Assembly: GCF_018350175.1 (NCBI RefSeq)
Contig: NC_058368.1
Coordinates: 107,200,001 to 107,264,000, forward strand
Origin: Felis catus
Taxonomy: Eukaryota
Length of the DNA: 64,000 bases
Reading direction: 5' to 3'
Positions 13,127 to 27,059 of the stretch are shown in pieces. The notes under the pieces are model-generated. The model worked only from the letters and a program-made list of their open reading frames with translations, did no database searches and was not told the DNA's origin. Position 1 is the first letter of the stretch; every line of letters starts with the position of its first letter. The position numbers and the translations under genes were made by a program.

Positions 13127-14544
13127 GCCTTTATTTTATGATATGGGTTTAACTTTACCTTGCACACACAACCCTAAATGTGCACCTGGACAGATTTAAA
13201 TTAATTCTCTCTAAAGCATACAGATCTCAAGAGCATTTGGGCAGAACACTGTCTATAATTGATATAACATATTGGTAAATCAACACATTTATTCCCCCTC
13301 CTCCTGTGAGTCATGCAGCTGTATACATCTAAAATAAGCCTTAATTCTACCTCCCACAAACTGATTGGAAGACTCTCTGCTAATGTTTCTTTAGCAGTTG
13401 ATACAAATGAAATAATTACATTGATTTTTTTTTTTTTTTTTACCCTGGCATTTCCAGCTCTCCTTTTCAAACAGGTCTCTTTGAGAAAGTTTTTTTTTTT
13501 GTTTTTTGTTTTTGTTTTTGTTTTTGTTTTTTGAAAGGCACTGCTGTCCCTTTCTCCTTCTTTGGCACGCTGGTAACAATACAGAGGAAAATAGATGTGT
13601 CCTTTGTTAGCAACGTTTTTTGTTTTGTTTTTGTTTTTGTTTTTGTTTTAACTAATACTGGACCACATTTTACCACAGTTGCCAGGGATGTAGTGCCTTT
13701 GTGAAGTCTTACATAATTCTCAAAATTACATGGTTTACCAATGACAATGAAATAAGAATTCTCCTCCTTTTATAAGTGAATAAATACATTGGTTCACACG
13801 AGTATGTGACAATTCTATTTTGAATGTAATGTATTCTTTTCATATCCAGGTCATTACCTATAAAAGTTACATAGAGCATTCCATCTTTTCCTTTCTTTTA
13901 TGCAAGCATGAGGAGATTATTATTATAAATTGCATTTGTGAACCTGGAATTGGGTCAGAGGCAAATGATGAAACATTTCCAGGAGAATCTTCTCTTGCAC
14001 AGATTCTCAGGCTAAAATCGTAAAGTAAGGTATGGCACATGTCAATTTCTTAAAGTTAATGTCTGCCAGAGGTTTAGATCTGACTGGTCACCATAGGAGA
14101 AAGTCTGGTGCAGGCTAAATCAGGCTCAGTTATAGACTGCGCAGAGTCTGATGGGATGTGTCTCATCTCTAATAAATCCCTGGTCATCTGCCATTTATTT
14201 TTTACTTTATATGAAATGTGATCACGTTTTGATCACGTTATATGAAATAGACAACGTTTTGCATGAAAAACTTAGAAACTACATACTGTATTTGGGAAAG
14301 TATCAAGGATTGATGGGAGAATGTTTTTATGAGCACAAGGACAAAGAATGGACATATTCATAGAAGGACAGAGATAAAAAGGCATTGAATATACTCTATT
14401 TGAAGATTTAGACTTCTAATCATTTATATGTTTTATGCTTATTTATACCTAATCATCAAATTATCCATTTGTCAGTTAATTACTGACTCTTCTCTGGATT
14501 CCACCTAAAGTATGAATGGAAGAGTCAAATTTAGGTCCCTTACT

Positions 14545-14715
14545 GATAATAGTTAAATAAAGTAGTTGCCATTAATTGAGTGCTTGTTATATTCTAAGCA
14601 CTGGGTTAAGTGCTTTGCATGAATTAAATAAACCTGAAACTAACCTTATGAAATTGATATTTCATTATAAATGTTATAGTAAAGTAAATTGAGGCTTAAA
14701 TAAGATAAATAACAG
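14545..14715 (-). mobile_element. MIR
   Basis: attgagtgctt...aagcactgggttaagtgctttgcatg...aaattgaggct. Confidence 0.7.
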
Positions 14716-15367
14716 GCAGTTGTAAATATTTGGGAAATGTATACTTTGTAAATTTGTAATTACTATCTCAAAACTGTTAGAGAAGTCTTAGAAAAGGTAC
14801 AATTTGATCAATTAATGTAGTCAAACATCAACCGTAGGATAATCAAAAAGCTCACCACAACTTTGCTTCAAAATGTTAATGTTTCATTTGTCTAATCTGG
14901 TCTAACCTTCTCTGAGTTGCCCAGAGTATAAACTATCTCTGTATCTAAGTGTATTAAACAGTTCCTGAAGTGCTCTTTAATAGAAAACCAAGATTGCTAG
15001 CAATTGTCTGAAAGGTAGAGTATCTCTAAAGAAGAAACATTCAATGAACTATTTTTATACTTCCATTTTCTCACTAGTGATCACACTGCCCAAAACCTTA
15101 AAAAAACTCATCCATGGTTTTATTTTGTCAATTTAGTTCTGTCAGAGTAATTCCAGCCAGATCAAATAAGTGCCATCTTCTAGTTTATCCCTTCCCCCAT
15201 ACAATAATATGGTATATATCACTCATTACCACCAATTCAGCAATTATTACAAGCTTCTGAGAAGCACTGCACAGCACAAAAGTTTTTCCTGGAAAAAAAA
15301 AATCACCAAAAAGACATGACCATGTCAATCAAGTCTACATAATTATTTTTCAAAACATAGCATTCTT

Positions 15368-15579
15368 GGGGCACCTGGGTGAGTCGAAGTGTCCGACTTC
15401 GGCTCAGGTCACGATCTCGCGGTCCGTGAGTTCGAGCCCCGCGTCAGGCTCTGGGCTGATGGCTCAGAGCCTGGAGCCTGCTTCTGATTCTGTGTCTCCC
15501 TCTCTCTCTGCCCCTCCCCCATTCATGCTCTGTCTCTCTCTATCCCCAAAATAAATAATCATTAAAAAAAAATTTAAAA
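15368..15579 (+). mobile_element. Felid SINEC with short deletion in the head
   Basis: ctctgggctgatggctcagagc diagnostic; TSD aaaacata(g/t)cattctt (15352-15367, 15580-15595). Confidence 0.95.
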
Positions 15580-15864
15580 AAAACATATCATTCTTAAAGA
15601 AGATACTGAGTAAGTATCACAAGTAAGACAGTACAAGTTATTATATTTAGAAATTCATGTATAGGGAGATTCAGTGATTATATGATTATATATGATATGA
15701 TATGATTATATATTATATGTATATGATTATATGATCCAGTGATTATATAATAAAATGGATAATTACAATTGATTTCTTTCAGTATTTTGATTTAGAAGTA
15801 ATTGAAATTTGCCATTGGCTGAAAAGTAAACCGTATTAATTCTGTATCACTCTTCAGTTTTTAA

Positions 15865-16081
15865 AAAATTTTTTTTAACATTTATTTATTTTTGAGAGAC
15901 AAAGAGAGACAGGGCGTGAGCAGGGGAGGGGCAGAGAGACAGGGAGACACAGAATCTGAAGCAGGCTCCAGGTTCTGAGCTCTCAACACAGAGCTCAACG
16001 CAGGGCTCAAACTCACAAACCATGAGATCATGACCTGAGCTGAAGTTGGACACTTAACCAACTGAGCCACCCAGGTGCCCC
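15865..16081 (-). mobile_element. Can-SINE
   Basis: TSD cactcttcagtttttaa (15848-15864, 16082-16098). Confidence 0.96.
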
Positions 16082-16293
16082 CACTCTTCAGTTTTTAATG
16101 AGCTTTCTCAAGGTGACTTGTTCCCTCTGCATTAGCTTTACAGGAGCAAAATATTTCCAAGCATCGTTTTACTTTTGCATTTTACAGCTTGCAATGGATG
16201 TTGAAAATAAGACTATATAGAGAAAAATAGCATTGTTTGCAGTATTATTACATACAAGTGCTTTCTTTTTGATGTCAGTGATATTGTTTCCAA

Positions 16294-16625
16294 CAAGATG
16301 TTGGTCAAAGGGTACAAACTTGCAGTTATAATATGAATAAGTTCTGGGGATATAATGTACAGCATGATGACTATAGTTAACAACATTGTAGTATATATTT
16401 GAAATTTACTAAAAAGATATTAAATGCTATGTGTGTGCACGCACGCGTGCGTGCACACACACACAAACATATAACTTATGTTAGGTGATGGAGGTGTTAA
16501 CTAAGCTTGTTGTTGGAATCATTTTGCAATAATATAAGGATATCAAACCTTCACATTGTACATATTAAAGGTACACAGTGTTATATATGTAAAATGTATC
16601 CCAGTAAAACTGGAAACAAAAAAGA
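16294..16625 (+). mobile_element. L1MA8/L1MA9-type 3' end
   Basis: ggtcaaagggtacaaacttgcagttataa...tacagcatgatgactatagttaa...ggtgatggaggtgttaact...cagtaaaactgg. Confidence 0.85.
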
Positions 16626-18144
16626 AACATGCATTCATGTATAGACACACACCACGAATTGAGCTCAGTATCGATCACAAATTTGATAAATATCTTATAT
16701 CTTATCATTAATCTTGTATTTTATTGCTAACAAATTGACTTTAAATCTTTCAGAATTACTTTATCATCAATCTTGAATACTGTTGTAATTAAACAGTAAA
16801 ATGTTTACTACTTATAAACTAGTGTCATTTGAAATCCTTTAATAAATCAGTATAATTGAAAACCTTACTGGGACTTAACTGTTGAGAAAGATTCTCTTTT
16901 TGTTTTTTAGCCACCGTCCCCCGACAATAAAAGAAAAACAGAAGTTCAGCTAGTTAGCAGTAGTATTTTCACTTGTTTTATAAATAACCATGTTTGCTTT
17001 ATGGTCCGGAGCAAGAGCAAGATAATGACTTCAGTTATAGGTAGGGTTAGTGTCCTTGCTGGTATTTAAGCAGGTGCCTGATATTAATTAATAAGATGAA
17101 ATAAGGTTACTGACCCTGAATAATCCTTGAATCTAAAGGTGAAGAACAAGTTATGAGTATTGTTTAATTGGAATTTAAGCTCCTACATATTGGCCTGATT
17201 ATGGAGGAGGCAAAATGGGAATGGGGTCTCAGGAATCTTCTGCCTTACGTTGTTTCAGAAGTTTATTGTGCTCCCTTTTGTGTGAGTCTTCTTACCTACA
17301 TGTTTTCCTGGAAGCTTGCTCCCTGAGCAAAGGCTCTGTGATGACTTGAGCTTACAGAGTTGCATGAGGATGAAAATGTTTACCAAGTAACTCAAAGGGC
17401 AACCAAAGGGTTATTTATTTGTTTAACAAAAAGTGAATCCCACGCTCTCCTAGAAAAGTAGGACTGCCTAGCTTCCTTGTTCCTAGATGCAACTATGGAT
17501 TCCGCCAGATGAACATATGGCAGAGAGTAATTAAGAGACTCCTACTGGGAACAAGCCATGCACCTTCAGAGCCATTTCCAGAATGTTGAAAATTTCTAGC
17601 AACAGCATATTCTGTGGTCTTGTTTAGCCTTCTGGCCGCATTTGCAAGTTGTGTGACAATCCTACTTATGTAGGAGATGAGCTGTACGCAATCCATAGGT
17701 GAAGGGATCTGCAGAATTCTGTAATTAATATGTTATGAAGATTATATTAGGATTATTCCAATTGAATATTTTGCTCCTATGGTTTTGTACCACATTGAGA
17801 GCAGAAAGTAAGATCACTGTATGAACGCTGAGTATGTCCTATCAGGTTTACATAAATGTTCCCTTTCTGAGCCGCAATTTCATTATTATTATTGTTAATC
17901 TTCTTTTTATATTTTGGTCCACTCAAACTTCACCTTTTTGCTGAGCATACTCCAGACCCGGAAAATTGTGTAGCCTTGTATAATCAGATATGTTAAGGGA
18001 GACGAATCTCACTGTTGAGAGAAAAAATGTGTGTGTGTGTGTGTGTGTGTGTAAAAAGTGTTTTTTTAACTGAAAATGAAAAATGTTTCTATGTGAACAA
18101 TCTTAAAACTACATAAACATTTACTCCTACAAATAGGGAAATCT

Positions 18145-18364
18145 TTTATATAAATTTTTGTTAATGTTTATTTTTGAGAGAGAGAGAAAAAGAGTGTGAG
18201 CGGGAAGGGGCAGAAGGAGAAAGAGACACAGAATCCCAAGCAGGTTCTAGGCTCTGAGCTGTCATGTCAGCACAGACCCGGATGCAGGGCTCGAACTCAG
18301 GAACCGCGAGATCATGACCTGAGCCGAAGTCAGATGCTTAACCCACTGAGCCACCCAGGTGCCC
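18145..18364 (-). mobile_element. Can-SINE
   Basis: TSD cctacaaatagggaa on both sides. Confidence 0.95.
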
Positions 18365-18756
18365 CTACAAATAGGGAATTCTTAATGTTATGCATAAGTT
18401 TACCTGAGGGCATTGGCTTCTTACATATAGGCAAGTCTTGCTTTTTGCATTTGCATTTCACTCTCTTTGTAAAATATCATCCTGATTCTGGCTATCCCTT
18501 GCTTTGTACATGCCCCGCATGTTTCTAGAGCTAGCGGAGATACATTGTTTGCTCCATGACAATACATTAATAATGGGGTTGCCAGGAGCCTCTTATATCT
18601 TAAAAGTGTCTTCTGTCTTAAAAGCAGCAGCTTGCTCTAGGCAAAGAGTAAATATGTGTTGATGGACTTCGAATTTAAGCATTCCTTTTTCATAAATGAC
18701 CAAATGCATCTGCTATTTTTGTAGTTAAACTGGAAAGCACATTTTTAACTTCAGTG

Positions 18757-18968
18757 TTTTTTTTTTCAACGTTTATTTATTTTTGGGACAGAGAGAGACA
18801 GAGCATGAACGGGCGAGGGGCAGAGAGAGAGGGAGACACAGAATCGGAAACAGGCTCCAGGCTCGGAGCCATCAGCCCAGAGCCCGACGCGGGGCTCGAA
18901 CTCACGGACCGCGAGATCGTGACCTGGCTGAAGTCGGACGCTTAACCGACTGCGCCACCCAGGCGCCC
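18757..18968 (-). mobile_element. Young felid SINEC, CpG-rich
   Basis: cccgacgcggggctcgaactcacggaccgcgagatcgtgacctggctg; flanked by agtgtttttttt repeats. Confidence 0.97.
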
Positions 18969-20456
18969 GAGTGTTTTTTTTTTTAAGTTGATTTTTGTTT
19001 CAGGGGGTTTACCTCTTATTGTTTATATCACTAGCCCATAACACTCAGCGGAAGCACTCATGGCTTGATTATTGTGATTAATAAAAAAAAAATGCTTCCA
19101 CGATATTTGCCAGCAGATTAAAATTGAAGCCGTTGATTAAACACATATTTCAGCCCATCTCCGCTGTGGTGTTTTCTTATGGGAATCCGTTCTCACTAAA
19201 GAGCTCTCACACATATATATGTGGCTTCGGGAATGAATTAACACTCTTGATCAAATTAACTAAATGTGTTTTCAAATACCACCTTCCATCATGGTAATGT
19301 GCTTTGTTAGTGAAACACAGTGAAACTCAAAAAAGAAAAACTGGGGCCTTGCGGGCTACGGGGAAGACATAACCTCTGTTCAGGAGAGACCATACCAAAA
19401 GCCACAGCAGACATGCAAGGGTCTCAGCCTCGTGGCCTGAACTGTCGGGTGAACAGAGAGAAGGAAGAGCCCTGCAAGAACAGCACCGTAAGCAGAGGCA
19501 GGGGATGGGGTGGGTAGGGCATCAGCTTCTCTAGGACATCCTTTTTCAGATGCTGTCATGGGTGCTAAAGGCCTCCAGTTGAAGGGGGAGTTTTGGTTAC
19601 AGTCATCAGGTGTAAGAACCTATCCTGGCTGTTTGAGCAGGGCAACCTGAGTAATTTTCAGGGGTGATTAAGTGACAACAATAGAAAGTAGAAAAGGTGA
19701 ACATGAAATTCATACATAGACAAGGTATGAACTCTTTCAGCAATACAGGCCACTGCACGTCCTTCCCCTGTTTTGTTTTTTTTTTTGTTGTTGTTGTTTT
19801 TTGGTTTTTGGGGTTTTTTTTTTACTTCCTTTTCTCTCTTCTCTTAAACATGATTTGAATAGAATTATTCAGATTATTCTTTGAAAACAAATTTTGAAAC
19901 TGCAAGGTACTGTTTTATGTCACATATGTGTTGTTTAGACAAAATGATTCAGTCTCACTACCAGAGTAATTCATGGAGATAGAAATGGTCCCTAGGTGAG
20001 AGTTGGCCATTCATTTAATGCTTCGTGTTGACGTTTGCAATGTGGCATGGTTTGTAATTATCAGAGTCAGTCCAGATACAACGATACACAAAGATGACAA
20101 ACAGATTTCTTACCAACATCAAGAAGGGCCTGCATGAAGTAACACATTTTCAGAACGCGTTGGCATGGAATTAAACGTAACTTTTAGTCATCTGCACTGT
20201 TTCATTCTGAAAATAGGTTGTGGTTATGCCGTCGTATTACGCACATTCCTCTACAGTAACTACTAACTAGGTATTTAAAAATTATGCTTTCATTTATAGC
20301 CTCCTGACTGGTGAAAATTCTGTTAGAGTTCACGAACTACCATCCTCAACCTTTACTTTCCAGATGCATTTCTGCCACTATCATGAGCATTGAATTATGT
20401 CCAGATTACCTTATGGAAACATCAAATGTTAAACAAGGCTATTAAAACAAAGGCAG

Positions 20457-20672
20457 GGGGCACCTGGGTGGCTCAGTAGGTTAAGCATCCACCTTCAGCT
20501 CAGGTCGTGATCTCAGGAATTGTGAGTTTGAGCCCCACATCGGGCTCTGTGCGGACAGCTCAGAGCCTGGAGCCTGTTTCAGATTCTGTGTCTCCCTCCC
20601 TCTCTGAGCTTCCCCTGCTCTGATTCTCTCCTTCTCTCAAAAATAAGTAAACACTAAAAATAAAAAATAAAT
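20457..20672 (+). mobile_element. Can-SINE
   Basis: ggggcacctgggtggctcagt head, CT tract, A tail. Confidence 0.95.
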
Positions 20673-21274
20673 AGAACAAAGGGGGGCATCACATTATTTG
20701 TACAAGGTGCTATGTAGCAATTCAAGTATTCTGTTCTGAAAATCCCTATGATTGGTACTTATGTCCATTTATAATTGTGTCAGAATGTCTCCCTGGCATT
20801 TCCCAGACTAGGATGATTTTTTTTTTCTTTGTAATGAACAGAGTTTTTGGGTTTTAATTTTGGTTTTAGTTGGTTTTCATTGTGATTATGTGAAAATGTT
20901 TCGCTCTGAGTGAGGCTTTTATTTAGCCTCTCAAAACAAACAACCCCAAATGGATTTAGATATGAAAATGAGAGTCTCAGGCTGCAAAGTAGCTGCCAAT
21001 TATATTATTTTACTGCACCACATGATGCTTTTAATCAACCATATTAATTGTTAGAGAATGTTATTCTGTTAGTCATATGAAGAGACAATGCTTTGCTTTG
21101 CAGTGGCTTAAGTGGGTGTATTATACTGTCGTGTACTTATGCCTTTTTCATTAAGTCACATAATTTCAGTGCTTTTGAATATGTAAATCACCATCCTTAT
21201 CACAAAATTCTTTACTTTGCGTTCAGAACATATTTCTTCTCACAATGCAGAGGAGATCCACGCCCCATGGGCCA

Positions 21275-21470
21275 ACCCATTACTTTGAACACTTGCCAGA
21301 CGCTGTTCCAAGCTCTGGGGATACAGCAGGGGATAAAATGGATTGAGTCTCTACCTTCAGGCTGCTTTTATTCTATTGCAGGGATATAGATAGTAAACCC
21401 ATAAACAAATGAATATATTTTAGGCGGCAATAAAGTTTTATGAAGGAAATGAAAGTGACTCAGGGAGTGA
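21275..21470 (-). mobile_element. L2 3' fragment
   Basis: tgccagacgctgttccaagctctggggatacagcag resembles the reversed L2 3' end. Confidence 0.65.
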
Positions 21471-24400
21471 GAAGCTATTGCTGGCAGGAAGGTATTGAAC
21501 ACAGTTTAACCTGTCGTTGATATGACTTGGGATCATCTATTATAAATATTCATACTTGCATGGCACACTGATAGAGTTATGTTTGTCCCTAAAGACAGAT
21601 TTTTAATCTCAGCTATCCCTGTTCTGGGAGTAATGATAGGTACCTCAAAATGCACCACTTAATATATTTATTACTTGCATGGGCAAGAAAGCCTGGAAAT
21701 TAGCCTGGTTAGAAAAATTGCAGTAAGAGAGAATCAGTCTACCTCTGCATAAATACTAGAGAGGGCTGATAATTTTAGTCTAAGTATTTTTATGTAACAT
21801 ATGCTCTAGAATCTCAGTGATCTTTTTGGTTATACTTTGGTTATGCACTGAGGAGTGGAGATTGAATGAAATTTAATTAATTATTGTCCTTTTGTCCCCC
21901 ATATGGATCCATTTTTGGCTTTGCCATTGAAGGATCCTAAGTCTTTTACTAAAATATGAGTAACTAAGATTATTAATATGGTTATTAATGTTAATAAAGT
22001 TATTAATACAGCATGACATTGATAAAAGTTGCTTCAGTTGATGTGTTTTTTTTCCAGAGAAACATCATTTTTACTTCTCTAACTTTTATTATTTGGATCA
22101 GAGCCTTGATTATTCCATCTTTATCTGTAAAAACAGATAAAACTGATCTGAATTGCAGTTTTGCCATCCAAGCCTTATATAAAGGATAAATTCTCCTGAC
22201 CTTCTTCAGAATGTTACCATAGCTAATGTTAATAATAGTAATGCAGAATTCTCACTAGCTCAGCAAAATGAGTAGTATATATTTAAAAATCAAGGTGGCT
22301 TGCTCTGAGTCCCTCTTACTGAATAATTAAGCATTCCTTAGAGGGCTAGTATATATCTATATAAAGGACATGGTACTGATATCAAAATAAACTTGAAAAT
22401 AAGTTGGTTTCCTACTGCTTTATACATACATATATCACTAGCGTAAATGTGTTGTCAATTTCAGTAGCCCTGACTTCAGTCTTAGAAATATTACATATGT
22501 ATTGTTAAAGTATGTTTTGCCAATATGTGCACCAGACCCTGGTAGGTCTCAGAAAATCAAGGACGAGACTGGACTAGATACAGTGCAGAACTTAGTGATA
22601 TTTGATGAATCAGATCAGTTCAGTTTAGTAAATGGGTCTAATTATTGGTATCATGTACGCACATCAGCATCTAGCCTCCCACCTCTCCCCACAATTGTCC
22701 AAATCAACTGTTTAGTTCTCTCTTCTCACTGACTTCCTTTTGCCAGAAACAGAAAAGCCAACGGGGTATGTCTGTTTCATTGTTTAACACGCTTTCATAA
22801 GCCTGGTAGATGCCTTCAGTACTCATGATGAGAAGTACTTCGATTATCAAAACAATTCATGTGACTACAAACGTAACACCACCTGACAATTTTATAATTC
22901 TTTATAATTTGTGAATGCCTTTCAGAAAGTACTTTCAGATACTTTTTTATTTTGGTACTCCAAATGGCCTTGTAAGTTAAGTGGGGCAAGAATTAATATT
23001 CCTGCCTAATTTTCTAATTTACACATTCTAGTTGTTGGACATTTAATTTTAAAGCACTTGCAAAAACTGTTTACATAATGAAAATGCTTAAGATACATAT
23101 ATATTTAAATTTGTTGATGATGTGTTTGAAAGTTATCTGTAAAAATCAGACTCAGTTTGTAATTTCTATGTATAATTCCAGAGAATCCTTTTTTAAAATT
23201 ATCCTCCTGCGTTAATGTTTTATATTAAATATTTATATTAGTGCATATAGTATATATTATACCTTTTGGAGGGCAATCCAGAGTCTATTAGCATACCTTA
23301 ATACAAATAAATAACTTTTCCTTTGTCTAATTTGTATTGAGTGCCAATTTCCCATTTACCTAAGATTGGAGTTTTATCCTTTCAAGAATAGTACTTGTAA
23401 TCAAATTTCCATAGAATGATAGAAAACAATAAAAGTAGCCATTAATTTAGGTTGTAATGCAGTGGCAAAGTTCTATTATAATAAAAACATGATCATATGT
23501 ATATGAGGCTTTGATATACTAATGTGAAGTTGAATCAACAGTAAGATTGAATTTATTGATTTTATTTTGTAAATGTGATAAAGCTTTTATATGATTTGAA
23601 AGAATAACTGCATTGATACTTGGTGTTTTTGTTAGAACATTCACATGGTATATCATCAACCAGAAGTAAATTCCTAAACAGAGACAGTTATTAAGCATTG
23701 TTATTCTGAAGTATTTTTGAAGATTTTTAAGAGGAATAACATCTGTAAAGCACCCAGAATAGTCATGGTATATATCATCTATTCAATATAAGTAAATATT
23801 AATTTCATATTTTGTGGGCACAAATGGGCTCTAGAAATTTCCTCTACAAATGAGCTCAAATAACCTAAAGCATGGGTATTACTTAGTTGACTATGCCTTA
23901 GCTCTCAAGTTTCTTGGACAAAAAGAAGATTGTAATCTACTAAAGTTATATTCCATAATTTACATTGATAGTTACACCATCCTTTGAAAATACAATAAAA
24001 AATCAAATAAATTTCTAGTGGAAACAATCTTCAATTTGTACATTGGGATACAAGTCTTTGAAACTATAAAACTATCGACTAATTTATTCTTGGGCAAATA
24101 CAGACTCATTACAGTTTAGAAATCTGGTTTGCCTACAGAAAGCCCCTCTTCACAGTCTTTGATTAGGAGTATAAACATCATTTTAAGTGTCCTGGATTGC
24201 CTTTAAATCTTCACCAGAGAAACACAGACATATATTATATACTGCATTTCCAGTAGGGGGTGACGTACCATTGAAAGTAGTAAGAAGAAAAGGTTTGAGA
24301 ACACTTGCCCTACCAATGAGAATGGAAATTCTTGCTAGAAAGCTCTGAAATAAAATGTTTTAAGAAAAATAAGAGAAAATAAAATTAATACCTTTGAAGG

Positions 24401-24960
24401 TGGCTTCTGGAAGGAGAACTCTAAAATCTTCATTACACATACACATAGCTTTGAAGCTTAAATAGGTTAGTCAAGCATTTTTTCCCCTCCATTTCCAAAT
24501 AGGAGTTCCAGTTTTGTTCTCATCAGTGTAGAATGTAAGTAGAATTTCTATCAGAGAGACCTTTTACCTTGCTTGATTCTTTAAAGAACAAAGTCTCTTG
24601 CTCTGAAGAGAATAATTTTCAAAAACCAATTTTTGCACATAGAATACTTTGTAAAACAGCATGCAGATAAATACTGAGAAGCACTGGGTGGAAACTTGAG
24701 AAAGAGGTTGGAATCTAACAATGACTATGACGTGCTCAGAGCTAGACCCTGTGGGAGGCAGGTTGCATGCGCTGTCTCAAGTAGTCTTCACAGTCTTCTT
24801 GTCTGACGCATAAATGACTTGAAAACTGCAAAGCTCCAAAAGAGGAGGCGGGCTGGAGATTAGGTATTAGGCAGTAGAAGAAGGTGGGATAGAGAATGGG
24901 AGGTTCAGAATTGTTTGGCATACCATCACTTACCATTTGCTAAAGAAAAAGGCTTTCAAG

Positions 24961-25121
24961 GGGGCGCCTGGGTCACTCAGGGGGTTAAGCTTCCCAGTTC
25001 GGCTCAGGTTGTGATCTTGCGGCTCCTGAGTTCAAGCTCCGCGTTGGGCTCTGTGCTGACAGCTCAGAGCCTGGAGCCTGCTCCGGATTCTGTGTCTCCC
25101 TCTCTCTCTGCGCCCCTCCCC

Positions 25122-25164
<43 letters not shown>

Positions 25165-25187
25165 AAAAATAAACATTAAAAAAAAAA
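24961..25187 (+). mobile_element. Can-SINE
   Basis: ggggcgcctggg head, long (CT)n, aataaacattaaaa tail. Confidence 0.95.
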
Positions 25188-26719
25188 GACTTTTAAAGAC
25201 TCTTTTAAAAGACTTTTAAAGAGTTGAAGATTCCAAACAACATGTGTTCAGCCTCATGAAGACAAAACATTGAGAGATCGTGGGTATCAATAGCAAACTT
25301 TCCTGCCTCTGAATTTTTTTTTTCCCCTGGAATTACTCTAAAAGAAATTTTCCAGAACCTTGTTTTTGTAGTGACTTGGAAAACTAGTCTTGGCTTCTAG
25401 TGAACGTGGCTTTGATAGTTGCCACTGTTTAGTTTAATTCAATTAGAAACCATTTAATTTCCTGACAACATTTTGGCTAACGTTTTGCCTTTAACCAAAC
25501 CTGCTGCCATAAAGGGTTGCATCGTAAATGCAATGGATACCTCGATTTAGGATTAAGAAAAAACTGTATCTCCAACTGATCTGCTTCGTCTGGCTGCCAC
25601 GCCCATGATAACACAAAGAGAGGCAGCTGCTTTTGAGAACTGCTCCTTCTTTAGCTTTTGTAATTCATAAGAAATATGGTCTAACATTTCTCAAGGGAGA
25701 ACCCAGGTAAACCACAATTTAATCTGTGGCTTTCATTCTGCCCAGAGGGTTTTCTGCAGACATAAATGAGTATGTGAAACTCAGTTCTCATAAGGTCTAT
25801 CTTCAGGCATAGGGAGATAATAATTATATGGATAGACACTTAGAAGCAGTTTTTTATAATAACGTGGATGAAAAATGCATCCAACTTATTTTCTATTTCA
25901 TATAAGAAGCATTGCTTTTTTACAGTTAATTAACTTGGGGATTTATTGAATCTAAATAAACTATGAAGCATTATAGAAGATCCAAACTCTGTGTACAGTA
26001 TATTCTTGGTATCTTCAAAAGGAATATTTGTAGGGTCTTTAGAAATCTCCAGGCTTGGGAATATAAAACCGTTTGGACAGTCTTCTGCTTTTGTTAAGAA
26101 TTGAGTTTTTGCTGTGGGTATCTTTTTAGAGCTACCTTTTCAACTTTCACTGACACTTTATTTCTTACGTGTTGCCTGTCATCCATCTACAAACCTCCCA
26201 TGTTTTTGTCCATGGAAAACGTGGTATGTGACTGTGAGGAAGTATGCTGTCCGGTGGGTGGGTGACGCTCAGTCACTAGCAGAGTAGCTCGTGAATCCAG
26301 TTCACCAGCCCGAAGGCATGCATTCTTCAAATCTGTTTCAGTAAATCCATATCCCCATAGCTGTGGACCTTCAGGATGAAAAACTGGTAAGGTTAGACCC
26401 TCAAATGCCGAGAACCTGCTATACTTTGTTTTCAGTAGCGTTGCCAAGATTGAAGGATTGCTTCTTCAATCAGACAGGTGTTTAATATTCAGTACATGTC
26501 AAACTGGAGTGTTTGGAAGGATACCTTTTTTAACCCTGAATAGATATGCTTTATTTTATCCTAAGGCCTCAGACATGTCAAGTTCCAGACGTTATTAAGT
26601 GTGTGAGCATATTATGCAATCAGCGCAAGTTTTTAAACAGCTCTTATATGGCAGTAGACCTTTGCTCTATGTAGTATAAGGTTCTTCATATTGATTAACA
26701 GAGGATCTACAAATATGAC

Positions 26720-26885
26720 CATTGTATTCTAGAAACATACCAATTCAGCTTGGATTGGGGGAATATTTAAAGTCTTCTAAAACCTAGGCTCCAGCCTAGA
26801 TGAAACAAGTCAAAACCGTGAAATCAAACAAATTTAGAAAGCTTCCAAGGTGCTGCTAATAGTCAGCAGGGACTGGGAACCACTG
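26720..26885. mobile_element. MER5-like hAT-Charlie MITE
   Basis: Ends aagcttccaaggtgctgctaat...ctgggaaccactg. Confidence 0.55.
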
Positions 26886-27059
26886 CATTAAACTGATTTC
26901 TTTCAGCCACCTGGAAATAACCTGCTGGCAGAGTATAAGCAGGTAAGACAAGTTGACTGTGGGGGTGAAATATAACAGATGCAATCAATTTCACACATTT
27001 TATTTTTTTCCCAACACATATATAGGACCTACTAGATGTCAGGCAGAATTTAAGCAGTT

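Noticed and set aside
16911..17040. AG...GT-bounded 130-nt open frame (PPSPDNKRKTEVQLVSS...)
   Set aside because: Unrecognised peptide, modest donor, no partner exon; compatible with chance
26361..26386. Possible microexon ending in CTG|gtaagg
   Set aside because: Weak acceptor; extension to the better upstream acceptor has stops in all frames
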